Shown here piece by piece: positions 49,238 through 62,699 of a DNA stretch of 64,000 nucleotides (positions are counted from its first letter, which is position 1; each line of letters opens with the position of its first letter). The stretch spans positions 18,096 to 82,095 of the forward strand of contig JAUCBJ010000090.1 in the NCBI GenBank assembly GCA_032718475.1, given 5' to 3'. A program made the position numbers and the translations under genes. The notes beneath the pieces are model-generated. The model was not told where the DNA came from. It was given only the letters and a program-made list of their open reading frames with translations, and did not search any database. The DNA comes from Nemertoderma westbladi. Taxonomy: Eukaryota > Animalia > Xenacoelomorpha.

Positions 49238-52197
49238 TGGTCCTGCTTCTTCTAGTAAGGCTCCCTCTTCTTCTTCCCTTGGTACCTGGCATAGCTAACG
49301 CGCTTGCGGTTCTTGCGATCAATACTTCGTCGACTGTGGGTGTTGCTGGTCAGGTCATTCTGAGATATTTTGTTTAGAATTTTCAATCTACCAGATGCTC
49401 CATTGTTGAAACTCAATATGGCACTGTTGATGGCTAGTTTGATGCATTTATGGCCATGAAATTTATGTTTAGGAGCTCTACTCCATACTGCGCCATTCAG
49501 AGACTCACTCTGGTTCTGGGTATATCCCGGTAAGCATCGCTGAAGGAGAAGTGGATCTGAGAGTCGTCTATAGACTGGAAGTAGCAGTGGTAGAAACACA
49601 GGATCGAGGTGGTGAGGTTTGTCTGTGAATTTTTTACCTGCCTGAAACTTGCAAAAAGTAGATTCTCCTTTGTCACAATATTTGTGGCGTACTTCAGGTG
49701 TTGGCAGCATAATGCTATGAACGATTGTTGCGAGAATGTCCCTTTTCATCTTCCAGAGACATCGCTCTTTTTCTTCTGGAGTTTTTGCTGTAGCATCCAC
49801 ATTCTTTCTAATAGCATTGCCATAATATCTTGATAGACGTTCACAAGTTGGGAGAGTAAGTCTATGTTTGGAGCCTCCAACAAACTTGCCATCAGAGAGT
49901 TTGCCTTTGTTGTTCTCTCTAACGTCTCGAAGGGCTTTATGGAGGCGCTTCTGCACATGGTTTATGCAATCCAGTTTATTTACTCTGTTGCAATCGACAG
50001 TACTATCGGAGTGTTGAGACCAATGTTCCATTCCCCTATCTGAACTGTCGAATTCCTCTTTTTGAGCTTTTGTCATAGGCTCATACTTCTCACAGCTATC
50101 ACAGGCTCCATAGACATTCCAAACATTCTTATATGTTGAGCTGTCTCCATCACATATCAGTTCCTTGAACATCAATCCATGATTTACACCCATCAGACCA
50201 GAGTTTGAACGACTAAACAACTCAATGCCAATACTGGCCTTGAACCACTTGATCCTGTATGAATTGTTTGACATGTTGAGCAATCTTTAGTATGGCTCTC
50301 AAGCCATACTTTATATTCCTTAGATTGCTTGTTCAGGGGATTGAAAGTAACCTGATTGCAGACCTTGGTACGGAACCCATAATCAAGCACTTTGCCAGAC
50401 TCCATAGAGATTACTGCACCATAGCCATAATCCGATGTGTGACCCCTCTTGGCCCATGAACCATCAAATGAAACTGCAGTTTCAACAGGCAATTCATCAG
50501 ATCTTCTGATTTCTTTCCTCGCTGAAGTCATGTCTTCACCAACAAGCTCTGTGCTGATGTCTGTAAGATCATTGATATATTTCGAAAAACTGGCCTGATG
50601 CATGCTTATTGGTATGTCAAGTGCAGTTGATAGCGTGTACAACGATTCAAGATCACCACCAAATTCTGTAGCTCCAAAAGCCAAACGAAGATTTAGGTCA
50701 TTACACTTTTTTGAGTTATATATACCTGTACCATTACGGGAACACTGAAGATTATAATCGAAATCACACTTCGAGCAGCTGTAATGAATTACACTGTCAA
50801 CTCCATTGCACTTGTCAGCTAGCTGCTTAGATGTGATCTCACTCTCTTCACAATTATGGGCAGCTTTTATAATGGATAACAAATTGTCACAATGTATGAT
50901 TCTGTATCCTGTGACTAGTTTTTCATCTCTTTCCTGTGCTACTGGTAAAGTGTCATCTGTTGCCAATTTTATTTTATTTTCAGAAATTGGTACCGGTATA
51001 TCTTCAGGTATATCCGGCAACAGGTCAGTGATATCTGAAGACAAGGAAATCCATTTGCCAGATTCAGAACGTCCAAACTGTTTGGCACCAAATACCTTCT
51101 TACTCTTCCCTGGGGTCGGCATAATATTAGTATTGATTAGGCAAAGTATTGATAAAAATAAAATAGGAAGGAAATATTTGTAAAATCAACTCAATTTTCA
51201 ATTTATTATGCCCACAAAATTAAAGATTTTCTATCTGTACCGGTACGTACAGGTACATGCTGCCAGTCTAAACTTGTAGTAGCCTACCAGTTGAACAGTG
51301 GGCACTGGGCATACAATTAGTTTAGCTAAGGTGCCAGTACGAGCAATGGTATTTGTGGGTTTGGTGCCCGTCAGGACAAAATTTTTAATCTGGTTTTGGC
51401 CCATGACAGGGGGCCCTGGGGCCCCCTTGTCATGGGCCAAAACCAGATCCTCCAATTAGGGTGGGTTACGGACCAGCCATACTAACCCTAACCCCAAATC
51501 CAATGGAATCATCGTGCACCAAAACAGTCAGGTTAGTAGATATACAGTAATCACCGGTAGTAGGCCGAACAGTTATAAGGAGTGACGGGTACGAGACCCA
51601 CAGGAGCCCGAGCAATGATTAGGGTACGGTGCCGGTACAATTCAGGTATGATTAGAATAAAAAGCACACCAGTATGGGTACCGGCACTGTAATAGACCTA
51701 GATAGGTTTGTTGTTACTGCCATAATGAATAACTAACTTGAAGGAACCGGTACCAGAGATATTTCTTCAATGGTATGGTCTGATTGTAAAGCTGTGAATG
51801 AAGAAACAGGAAACGATTACAGTACATGGTATTCTGACTGGGCTGTTACTGTATGTACACATCATCGCCTGTCTGCCTGTACAATTTCTATACTTCAAAT
51901 TTGCCTCCACTTCTGATTGCTGTTACAAGGGCAGGGCACCTCTTGTAACCGCCGCAGCTTCATTATTTTTGTTTACAATGTCTCTTGAAAAAATTCAATT
52001 TATGTCGAACGGCATACTATTGCAGTGTGTTTAGTGGATGCGGTTCCGACTTTTGTTTGGTTTTTGGGGTATATCTCAAAAACTACTTCGAATTAGTGAA
52101 AACGGATTTTAGCACTGGATTCAGCATTAAATTCTGCTCTTAATCAGCCAATAAAAAGTTTTTCGACAATTTTGTCAAATTATGGTATACCCTCCCC
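49238..52197 (-). mobile_element. Kolobok-like (Mutator-like domain) DNA transposon, 3' end missing, transposase frameshifted
   Basis: FDGSWAKRGHTS, GKVLD, CDGDSS, CINHVQKR, TQNQSESLN; terminus TTAA|GGGGAGG at 52197-52201 on the minus strand. Confidence 0.8.
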
Positions 52198-53344
52198 TTA
52201 ATTTTAACACCCTGGTAGCTAAATGATTGGAAGCAGTATTGCTGCATTCATGAATTCTGCTTTTAGATTACTTATTTTACTGATTTTTAGTCCAAAACAA
52301 CATTTTATTTATTGATAAAATCGGTTACCGTGTAATGTTGGCAGTCCCTGTTGAATTATTCTCTGGTAAGGGTTTTTACGCCATCTAGTGCCATTATATG
52401 CGTATTTTCCTTGTGATATTGATTGCTTGTCGAGGCTTGTAATGCCTCATCTCATTGGTCCATATTATGGCCTTATGTAAACCTTGGTTGAATGTTTCAC
52501 TCACTCAGCACTTGCATATTGCTACGGAGTTACCTCCCATGCAGGGTCTTTGGACGCTGGTCAGATTACTGATGACTAGCACATATTACATGCCTTTATT
52601 TCAATAAGCCTTTATGTTATATGCATTAATTGAACTTTATTTACGTTTATTATTTATTCTGTCATTAAACTCAATTTGTTGTCTTCTATGCTTAATATAT
52701 CGCCGATATTACGGAATCAGGAAAGTTTTACACGCGCCACAACAGGTGGGTCTCTATAATTAAGTATCAGTGATAATCTGGACAATTGCATCAGATTTGT
52801 GTCTTGTCTTACCTCTGATCTACTAAATAATTAAGATATGGCGATATCTCAGACCATTATTATAAGCAAAGCTCTTATTATTAACTACATCACGATGGAG
52901 AGTTGTCACAAATTGATTATGGTAGCATTATCAATATAATTAGACATAAAGACAAGATACAATACGTTTCCCCGAAAGGGAAATACAAATACTAGACTTG
53001 AGTCCTTACATAATTAACTAGTCAGTCATTTGCTTGTTATACTGTGTTGCCACACCCTCCCGGTATCACATCTCAGTTAAATTCAATAGAAAATCAAATA
53101 CCGTATCAAACTAAATAAGTTATAGAGCAAATCAATACATAAGAAGGAAATAAAAGGGGAGATCAATCGATACAGTGAGCGGAATGGCCCTTTGTTAAGG
53201 TATACTAGCGCCATTCCGCTCATTGTATCAGACCAGCAATTTAAGGTCCACCTGCATGAGATTTTGGCACAGTTTGTAAAAGAATCAAAATATACAAAAT
53301 CGAGATTGAAAGAACATATTTTTTATCAAATGCGCTAAGAAAGA

Positions 53345-54545
53345 GTTCATGACACCCTGTTCTGCTCCCACCCACCGCACACATAACCAAGCTCATTATA
53401 TTACGAGCTCATGAGCGTGTCGAGCATGGATGGGTTCGACACACTTTAGTCAAATTGCGTGAGAGATATTGGGTCCCACGCAGTTGCCAAATAGTCAAAA
53501 GCACAATCTCCCCGTGTGTAGCATGTAAAAGGGTACAAGGCGCACCATATAGTGCACCACCTATAGCACCCTTACCAACAACTCGTTTAGATGATCAATG
53601 TCTTCGAATTTATAAGGGTCGATTTCATGGGACCTCTCATTGTTACAGCTAACCCGTTAGACCCAATATCCGCTACTGGAAAACTTTGAGTGGCATTGTT
53701 TACCTGTGCTGTGGTTCGCGCGATACACATAGAGTTGGTAAGTTCTCTAACTGCCGTATCGTTTTTAATCGCTTTTAAGTGTTTCATAGCTAGAAGGGGT
53801 GTCCCGCAATGCATGTTAAGTGATAATGCGACGAATTTTAGAGCAACGATAAAGGAGTTGAGAGCATAGAATATATTTCTTGGAAATTCCCTGGTCACCA
53901 AGACATTTGGTAAATTAAAAATCGACTGGGAATTAAATTTGCCAGAAAATCCAGCTGCATATGGTTTCATAGAACGCCTCGTTGGTGTAATGAAGCATTC
54001 TTTACGAAAGGTGTTAGGTCGTGCAAAATTGACTGTGGAAGAGCTTCATAGCACCGTACTGGGTATTGAAGCTGCAGTAAATAGTAGACCTCTAACCTGT
54101 GTCACTGATGACGCAAGTGATTTACATTCACCATTGACACCAAGTCACTTCCTGGTAGGTAAACGGCTTTGTACGCTGGTTGATGCATCTGTATGTGTAA
54201 ACACACGACTTACTTCTAGAACTAAATTGAGAAACCGAGCACGATATCAAGAGATAATTAAAAACGAGTGTTGTTGTCAATGGTGATCAGCATACATCAA
54301 ACAATTACGTTCTCATCATCGTAATCTGAATAGTGGTAAATTTACTGCTAAAGTAGGTGACATTTGCATCCTACATTCTGAGAGTTTGCCACGCTGCATG
54401 TGGAAACTTTCCCAGATAGAAAAAACTTATAGTATCACGGGATGGCCATATACGATCTGCTCGTATCCGAGTCGCCCCTAGAGGGAAAGGCGCTACATCT
54501 CTAAATCGATCATTGCGTCAACTCATTCCTCAAGAAATCCAATAA
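53345..54545 (+). pseudogene. Isolated BEL/Pao integrase fragment
   Basis: HPVLLP..H..H..LRERYW..CVAC; LFTCAVVRAIHIE; SDNATNF; ERLV; VNSRPL; LTPSHFL. Confidence 0.88.
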
Positions 54546-55313
54546 TAAAATGTGTTTATTTATGTGTTTACTTACTTATTCAATTTTTTAGAAAATTTTA
54601 GGTTATCCTTACAGACAGAACTTACAGACACAAACATAAATAACATAATAACATGCTCCACATACAGGTATGTATCGCAACCCTAACCCTAAAACCTAAC
54701 CACCATACACTAAATGATACTGGTAATAAACTGCACGAAAGCTAAGCCTATATTCTATAAGAAAATATATGACAATTTTGTCACCGTGAAAGAGGTAGGA
54801 CTAGGGCAAAAATAATTAATTTGTGAAAAATATGGTTGCATTTCGGTGTCTTGGACCAGTACGCGCTAATCCTTGACACCTCGTCACCGTCAGCTGGACA
54901 GGGAATTAGCCAAGCCTATCTATATTGCACCAATGACCTAAATATATCGCACCATCAACTCAGTTACCACCTAGCCCACAAACAGATGTCAGACCTCAGA
55001 ACATTGGAACCCTATAGGCCTACGGTAAGTAAACATGTTCCAATGGAAAACTGGTAGATTGCTAGAGCAAACACACTGTACAAAAATTATATAAGATTTG
55101 ACAATATGCGGTGATGTCAGAATTCTGCTCTTTACTTCATATGTGATAATTGAATGTACCGACATACTGGCTAACAGGGGGTTGTTATGTATATATTAAC
55201 TTAAAAGTAAACACAAGAGTCTTACACCCCTTAAACTACAAAAAAAATATAGAATCAGGACATTAATACGGTGGTGATTTACGGCCACATTTACTTTTTC
55301 TTATATGTTTCAG

Positions 55314-55409
55314 TTACTTTACCTTTTTTCTATCAGCTGTTCCATCAATTACTTTACCTTTTTTCTATCAGCTGTTCCATCAATTACTTTACCTTTTTTC
55401 TATCAGCTG
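55314..55409. repeat. ~35-bp tandem repeat TTACTTTACCTTTTTTCTATCAGCTGTTCCATCAA, about 2.7 copies
   Basis: Direct inspection. Confidence 0.8.
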
Positions 55410-55423
55410 ACTTTGCTACAGTA

Positions 55424-55518
55424 ATTTTGCAATTTGTAATTGCAATTTTGTTGACAAGCCAGCACAGCATTCTTAAAAATGCAGCTGCAATGCAGCATGC
55501 CGATTCTAGTAGTAATAG
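55424..55518 (+). mobile_element. Severely 5'-truncated copy of the RTE-like LINE 3' end
   Basis: Matches 58900-58973; TSD TTGCTACAGTA (55413-55423, 55519-55529); (TAG)n tail. Confidence 0.85.
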
Positions 55519-56251
55519 TTGCTACAGTACCAGTACTGCAGTACAGCTGTATGCTACAGGCTGACTGTATTTTCACCAAGTTCAGAAGTTCTGGTGTCTG
55601 AGGCCCTGAGTGTGCAGATGTGTACACTATTGTAGGGTACCCAATACAGCAATACTGTAATTTACACCAATATGCAATAACTTTATGTACACCTAAGAGT
55701 AGGCCTATCCCGGTATCGGTACAGGCGAACCTACTTTAAAATGTTAGCTACAGGCTGACAGGTAGGAGTGTAGGACTGTAGGAGGTGGCAGCAGACCGGT
55801 TATATAGGCGGCCTAATTGTAATTGCCCATTTCAACATTTCTGGATTTACCGGTAGTAATTTGTAATTGGGATGGTAGTATAGCATATGCAGCGTTGGCA
55901 GGACTAACCCAGCCCATGCTGCGAGTACTTCTAGCTGTAGGTATATCTATATCACATTTTTACTAGGCCTACACTTGATTTTATCTGAATTATTCCTTAC
56001 TGATGTGTATTGCAGTATTGTGTGCTGCATGTGACTGGCACTGGATGTTGTAATGGAGGAGGATGACAAATGAAAACCTGAGTGGAAGGAAGAAATTGTT
56101 TGAAAAGTTGCAACATGAGATTAATGAGAGGATTAGTTTTCTCACAGAAAAGGAGTGCATTAAAGAAAAAGAACCTGCTTCAACAGTATCTGCAACAAGC
56201 AGGTCTAATCTGGGAATCGCTAGACAGGCTACCAGCAAGTAAAAATGTCCA

Positions 56252-57007
56252 GTGAAACTTGGTTATAACAGTGGTGGTACCTTTAGTAGGCCTAGTGAGG
56301 TAGGTTCCTTCAGAAACCCAGCAGGTAGAAAATACTCAACATATTCTAATATCAACTATTGGCTTAAAGTGGACTTAGGCAATGGTTGTAAGTCATACCA
56401 ATTAATTAAATCACCGTTAGGTGAAGGTTCATTACTCCACCTTTATACAAATATGAATTTGTCTATCTCCAATGTTGCAGTTTCAGTATCCAATGTGCTT
56501 TTTACTGGTGATGTAGAGGAAAATTTACAGCTGAAGCACAGTCAGTTACCATTTACAAGGGATTCCTACACCTTCCACATTCTCAATATTATGGAGAATG
56601 AAGACCTTAGTGAATTCGAAAATTTGCGAGACTATTGCAAGAAAAAATGTGTCGCCTCTTGGAAAATTCGCCTTGTCATTTTGGCTAAAAAATTTAATAT
56701 CACTACCTCTGTTAATGCAATAATTGGAACAGCTTGCTCCTCCAATCAGTCAGAAATTCTTACTACTGGTACTGATACAGTCGAAATCCATCTAGTTGAC
56801 TTGTGCATTCAAGATCTAGCTAATCCATCGCCCATGGATGTGGAACGCTACATTTCAGACCTGAAAGAAACCAACGAAATTCGTATTATTTGTGACAAAT
56901 GTAACTGTTCTCGACACCATTCAAGGAATCTGAGTGTGGAAATTGTTTCAAATGGTGCAAACAAAAATGGTGATGAAAATATTATTACTGTAGTTTACCA
57001 GCAATAA
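56252..57007 (+). CDS. Orphan 251-aa ORF (frame extends upstream past one stop), unknown
   Basis: Long open frame in AT-rich DNA; no recognised motif. Confidence 0.3.
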   Translation: MKLGYNSGGTFSRPSEVGSFRNPAGRKYSTYSNINYWLKVDLGNGCKSYQLIKSPLGEGSLLHLYTNMNLSISNVAVSVSNVLFTGDVEENLQLKHSQLPFTRDSYTFHILNIMENEDLSEFENLRDYCKKKCVASWKIRLVILAKKFNITTSVNAIIGTACSSNQSEILTTGTDTVEIHLVDLCIQDLANPSPMDVERYISDLKETNEIRIICDKCNCSRHHSRNLSVEIVSNGANKNGDENIITVVYQQ

Positions 57008-57591
57008 TTAGTTAATTAGGAATCGAGAGTATACGATAGTTATATTGTGAATGTAAGGTGGGTCAGCTGTATGAGTAAAGGAGAAGGTATTGCGCTGTAA
57101 GGTGGATAGGGGTTTAGAGTGGTGAGGGATATTGAGTAGGAGTAGAAAGATACTGGTGACGTTTATCATGGAGTTGTAATGCTGTATATTTATATATTAT
57201 TTGTTCGTTATATACTTAGATATTATACCGACTATGTATTAACAAAACTCTGAACTCTTTTCTACAAGTTATCACCGCAAGCAAATGGCTTTCAAACTAG
57301 ATAGGATCATTCATCCATTCAATGGGGAAGGAGACGTTCATTTTAGGGAATGGTTTAAGAAATTCGAACTGGTATCGAAAATTCAAAAGTGGGATCACCT
57401 GGAAAACTACCTGCCATTGTTTCTCGAAGGACTCGCATTCGTAGTTTACGACAAATTGCAATCGGATGTTAAGGAGAGTTACACCATCGTTGTTGCGGTA
57501 TTAACTTTGGCTTTTTCTGCAACCCCTACACAAGCATACTCACAATATATTAGTAGGAGGTGGAATTCAGGTGAGACTATAGAAGTATACT

Positions 57592-58973
57592 AACCTAACA
57601 CTCTATGGTTCTTTTCGGGGAATCTCATTGATCTCGATTGCTGCAAAGCTATACAATAGGATTATATTAAATCGCATCAGGGATCCCATTGAGAGACTGC
57701 TCCGTGGAAATCAGAATGGGTCCATAAAGGTCGTGGGACCATGGAGCCCATTTTTGCACTTAGAAGGATAATTGAAGAATTATCAAAAAAGAAAGACAGG
57801 CATCTGGCTGTTATCTTTGTTGACTTCTTCAAGGCCTTTGATTCAGTCTCTCGCTCACGTATGTTCAGCATACTTTCATTATATGGGATTCCTGATGAAA
57901 TTATTGCAGCAATCAGATCAGTATACGATGGTTCGACAACATTTGTGTCTACTGTTGACGGTGACACAGAACCATTTGAAGTGTTATGGGGAGTCCTCCA
58001 AGGAGACACACTTGCACCATTCTTGTTCATTATTGTGGTTGACTATGTTCTACGCATGCCCTTAGATCATCATAATGATGATGGGGTGATGATAACTCCA
58101 CCTACTGGCTCCAGAAGTCGAGGAAATCCTGCCAAGTACCTAACTGATCTAGACTTTGCTGATGACTTAGGAGTACTCTCAGAATCATTAGAGGGAGCCC
58201 AACGGCTCCTCAGCTCATTAGAACATGCTGCTTCTAGTGTTGGTCTTTTTATTAACTCCAGAAAGACCAAAATTCTGACCGTTAACTTTGAAAGTCCTCA
58301 GCAAGTCTCTGATCGGATGAGCATATGCTCAAAGGATGGTATGCTTGAGCATGTGGACGACTTCTGTTACCTGGGATCATGGATCCGGAAGTCAGGTGAG
58401 GACCTTCGAATACGTAAGGGAAAGGCATGGGCAGCCTTGAATAGGCTTTCCAGGATTTGGAAGTCACCGGGAATTAATCGGAAACTTAAGGTCCGATTAT
58501 TTAGAGCAGCAGTAGTTCCAGTACTCCTCTACGGGAGTCCATGCTGGGCTCTAACTGCTGAGGACACCAAATCTCTGGATGGCACATTCACAAGAATGCT
58601 ACGCCGGGTTCATTGTGTCAAGTACAATGCACACATCTCCAACCAGACACTATATAACATTGGAGGTGTCACATTGGTTCCCCCAAGCTTGACACTAGAA
58701 CAAAATCGCCTCCGCTTTGCAGGACATTGCTTTCGCCGTGAGGACCAGCCAGTGCATAATCTTGTACTTTGGCAACCTCATGGAGTGAATAAGCATGGTG
58801 GACAGCCCATGACTTTCTTGAGACGCATCTTAAAGGACACTGGCCTTAAAGATGCGGATGATCTAGCAAATGTCATGGGAGATAGGGAGTTGTGGTGGTG
58901 CAATTTTGTCGACAAGCCGGCACAGCATTCTTAAAAATGCAGCTGCAATGCAGCATGCCGATCCTAGTAGTAG
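57592..58973 (+). mobile_element. RTE-like LINE (5'-truncated, RT plus C-terminus) inserted in the Gypsy-like gag
   Basis: VDFFKAFDS, GVLQGDTLAP, LDFADD, YLGS, LLYG, RLRFAGHC; TSD TATAGAAGTATACT (57578-57591, 58974-58987); (TAG)n tail. Confidence 0.95.
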
Positions 58974-61900
58974 TATAGAAGTATACTTGTCAGATTTGAA
59001 GAGGTTGTTATTGTTGACGGGAATAAAACCGTCAGATATCCATAAAATGGATCCAATTCTTAAATGTCAATTCATATACGGTTTACCGCCAGACGTAAGC
59101 AGTCTATTAGTCACTATGACTTCTGCAGAGGATTCAGTCATGTGTGTCGAAGATCTAGTCCAGAAGGTGAGGAGGATAGTAGCGAGCCGAAGTGTGAATG
59201 AGAAGTTTGATTTTCCAGTTGGGGCATTGAGAGGTAAAGCAAGTAACATCGAACATCGTGTGCCATCTAGTGGTTATCGGACGCAGATTGCTAATGATGC
59301 TGCTTCAGTAGTAGCTAAAAAGGTCCATGCTACCAAAGACCTTCCCACTTATCGGCTACCTAATAAGTTTCTAACTGAGAAGATCAGGAGGTAAACCAAA
59401 AGGTATGCTGTGTTACAACTGCGGACGTCAAGGTCATATCGCTTCCCGTTGTTTTAAGGATAAAACTGTTAAGTGCTATCGATGCAACGGGGTTGGTCAT
59501 ATGGCGAAGGAATGTCCATCTAGAGATTCGGGAAAAGGGGCGGGGGGGGTTGTAGGTTACGCTTCAACCCCCCAAAATCATTTACCTGTGTTGAAAGCAA
59601 GACTTTCGTTTCCACAGGAAAACGATCAATATGATTGTAATATAGGAGTAGATACATTTTGCTCACATACCATAATATCCTCGGGATTTCTGAATAAGAA
59701 AGTAGGTGCAAAATTTTCAAATAATTTATCTGAAAATTTGTTTATGTTAAATGGTAATTCCATAAAAGTTGTTGGCAAAGTACATATTTTGCTATACAAT
59801 TTACCTGGTGTAAGTGAAGCGCTTCAAATTGAAGCTTGGGTAGTTCATGGTTGCGAAATATTTGGTGTCGATTTACTAATGGGAATTGATGTAATATTGC
59901 ATGTCGGAGGTGTTAATATTATATCAACCAATGGTGTATCAGTAGATGCTATTTTGTTTAATAATTGTTCAATTAAATGTGACGAAAACGTAACAGTAGA
60001 AAATTCCATTGGTGCTATCGTAAAAAATTCAATTGGTGCTACAGTAGATAATTCCATTGATGTTACAGTAGATAATTCCGGTGCTACAGTACAATTGATA
60101 GAAAGTAGTAAAAATGATGTGCCTATACCGTCTAAACCTGTAATTGACTTAGGTTTGAATAAGATCAAACAATTTAAGTCTAGTACAGCACATGCTATAT
60201 ATCATGAAAATGGTGACGTAACTATTACTGAAAGTGACTTTAAGGTTAAATTTATTAAATCTTGTTGTTGTACTGGGTTTTGGAGTGGATTTGGAATGAT
60301 GGAATTCCACCACCCAGAACAGTAGGTAATGGCATTGGAGACTATGGAGTTCGGTTGTCCGATATACATATTCCAATGTTAGACAAAGAAATTAAATCTT
60401 GGATGGACAATGAAATTTTAATAGAATATAATGCAAATATACATGGCGAAATTCAATGTGTATTGCCATTGCTGCCTTTAGTACAAGAACATAAGATAAC
60501 TACACCTGTTAGACCGGTGTTAGATTATACTCTATAAAATCGGTGTATTGTAAGTTATCCCGGTCAGCAGATGAGCATTTGTAATGATAAAATACGAAAT
60601 TGGAGGCAACGGTCCTCTAATTGTTCTATCATAGACATTAAGAAAGCGTATTTACAGATTCGGCTTGAGCCGAATTTAATTAAATATCAGGCTGTTTTAT
60701 TTCATAACAAAGTTTATGTTATGACAAGAATGGGTTTCGGATTAGAGATTGCCCGCAAAGTGCTTGAAACTATTGTAGAATTTGTTTTACACATGCATAA
60801 CTTTCCGTCTTGTGCTGTTGATTTTTACGTTGATGACATAGATGTAGATGAAACCATTGTTCCTAGTATTTTAGTGCAAGAAGCATTAAATACGTATGGA
60901 TTAGATACAAAGTTACCTGTGAGTATAATTGATAATGATGTTTTAGGTTTACACGTGTACAAATATAACGATTTACTCATGTGGTGTCGTAGAGATAAAG
61001 CTAGTTTAAAACCAGTGTTGACTGAAATGACTCGTAGATATGTATATTCTTGGTGCGGTAAATTATTAGGTCATTATCCGGTGTGCGGGTGACTTCGAGT
61101 GGCGTGTAGTTGGTTAAAACGTCAGTGCATCGGGGGCTGGGATGTGGATGTAGATTTGTGCATACTTCATTTGGTGGATGACATATGGAGTAGAATTAAC
61201 ATAAATGATCCCGTGAGGGGTGTGTGGCAGGTACATGTAGGAAGTGAACCGTGTGTGGTGTGGAGTGACGCCAGCGATATTGCTAAAGGTATCATATTTC
61301 AAGTGAGTGGGTAACGACATTGTTGAAGATGGCGTTTGGCTCCGTAAAGCTCATAAGTCAAAGCAGCACATTAATGTAGCTGAATTACATGCAATCGTAG
61401 AAGGAGTAAACCTTGCAATAAAATGGAATGTTACATAGCTGATAATATATACAGATTCAAGCATTGTGTGTGGATGGGTTGATGCGACATGAAAAACAAA
61501 CATCGTATTCATGTGGGAGGAATGTATTCTAATGTAGTAATACGTCGTTTGGAACTGTTATTAGAACTAGTAAAGTTGTATAATATAGAAGTTGGCATAA
61601 AATTGGTTGAATCAAAACTCAATAAAGCAGACGTGTTAACCCGAATTCCCAACAGTTGGCTTCAGTTGGCAACAAAACATACTGCGAATGAACTAAAACT
61701 AGGAGGTGTTATAGGTGCGAATAATAAAGACGTTTTTTGTGGAATAAAATTTGATGAAATTTGTGATAATCAATTGAAAGATTTTGATATTTGCAAATTA
61801 TTAGAGAACAATGTTGTTCCAAAGTCATATAATAAAGTAAAGAGCCAATTTGTAAACGTTTCTGGAGTACCGAAAGGTGAAAGTACCACCAGATGACATA

Positions 61901-62464
61901 TTGTGTGTTCCTGTAATGCCTTGCAAACTGGTGGACAAGGCAATAATAAATACTCATGAATCAAATTGACATCCTTGTTACGAAACGACGAGAGAACTGT
62001 TAAGATGAGAGTGCTATTTTCCTAATGGCTATATGGCTTTTAAATGTGAAGAAATAATTAAACATTGTGAAAAATGCTCATTACCCAACCCTAAGAAACC
62101 AATACGAAGTGTGCCCAGTACACAGATGGTAATCCCAGACAGACCTTGGCAGGTTGCACAAATGGATAGTGTAAAAATTTATGGTAACGCCACATATGTC
62201 GGACTTCTGGTATTGTTTGATGTATTATCAAAGTTTGTAGAAGTAGAGCCAATAGAAAGTTACCACCACAATTGTATTGTAAACGCACTCTTGAAAATAA
62301 GTTGGAGGTGAGGCCCACTGGAGATTATTCGAACAGATTCTGGAAAATAATTGTGGAATCAAATGACCAGGGTTCTTTATAATAATTTCGGAATTAATGT
62401 GCGTCGTAGAGCTATAAGACATCCAGAAAGTCAACGAGCGGTTGAATGATTCCACAGAACATTC

Positions 62465-62512
62465 TTACTAGGATTGGCATGCTGCATTGCAGCTGCATTT
62501 TTAAGAATGCAT
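62465..62512 (-). mobile_element. About 45-bp copy of the RTE-like LINE 3' terminus inserted in the Gypsy-like integrase
   Basis: Reverse complement of 58925-58970; flanked by duplicated CATTCTTA. Confidence 0.8.
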
Positions 62513-62699
62513 TCTTAACCCTACTGCGAAAAGTTGTTGACTGTAATACAGAATGGAGTAAGGAACTTAACATGTTACTTTATTTCTATCGGCATAGGCC
62601 GACGACAACAACACTAATAAGTCCAGCTAAAGCGATGTGCGGCTGGGACTGGAGACAAAATTCATTATTGGACAGCGGATCTTGTAAAAGCTTTTGCGT

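Larger units (their letters stand above)
57052..62690 (+). mobile_element. Divergent Ty3/Gypsy-like LTR retrotransposon (gag with 2 CCHC, protease, RT, RH, IN), decayed, 3'-truncated
   Basis: Putative 5' LTR TGTA...TACA 57052-57266; CYNCGRQGHIASRC, CYRCNGVGHMAKEC; VDTFCS; RPVLDY, DIKKAYLQI, YVDDI; WSDAS, HINVAEL, TDS; integrase RPWQ. Confidence 0.82.
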
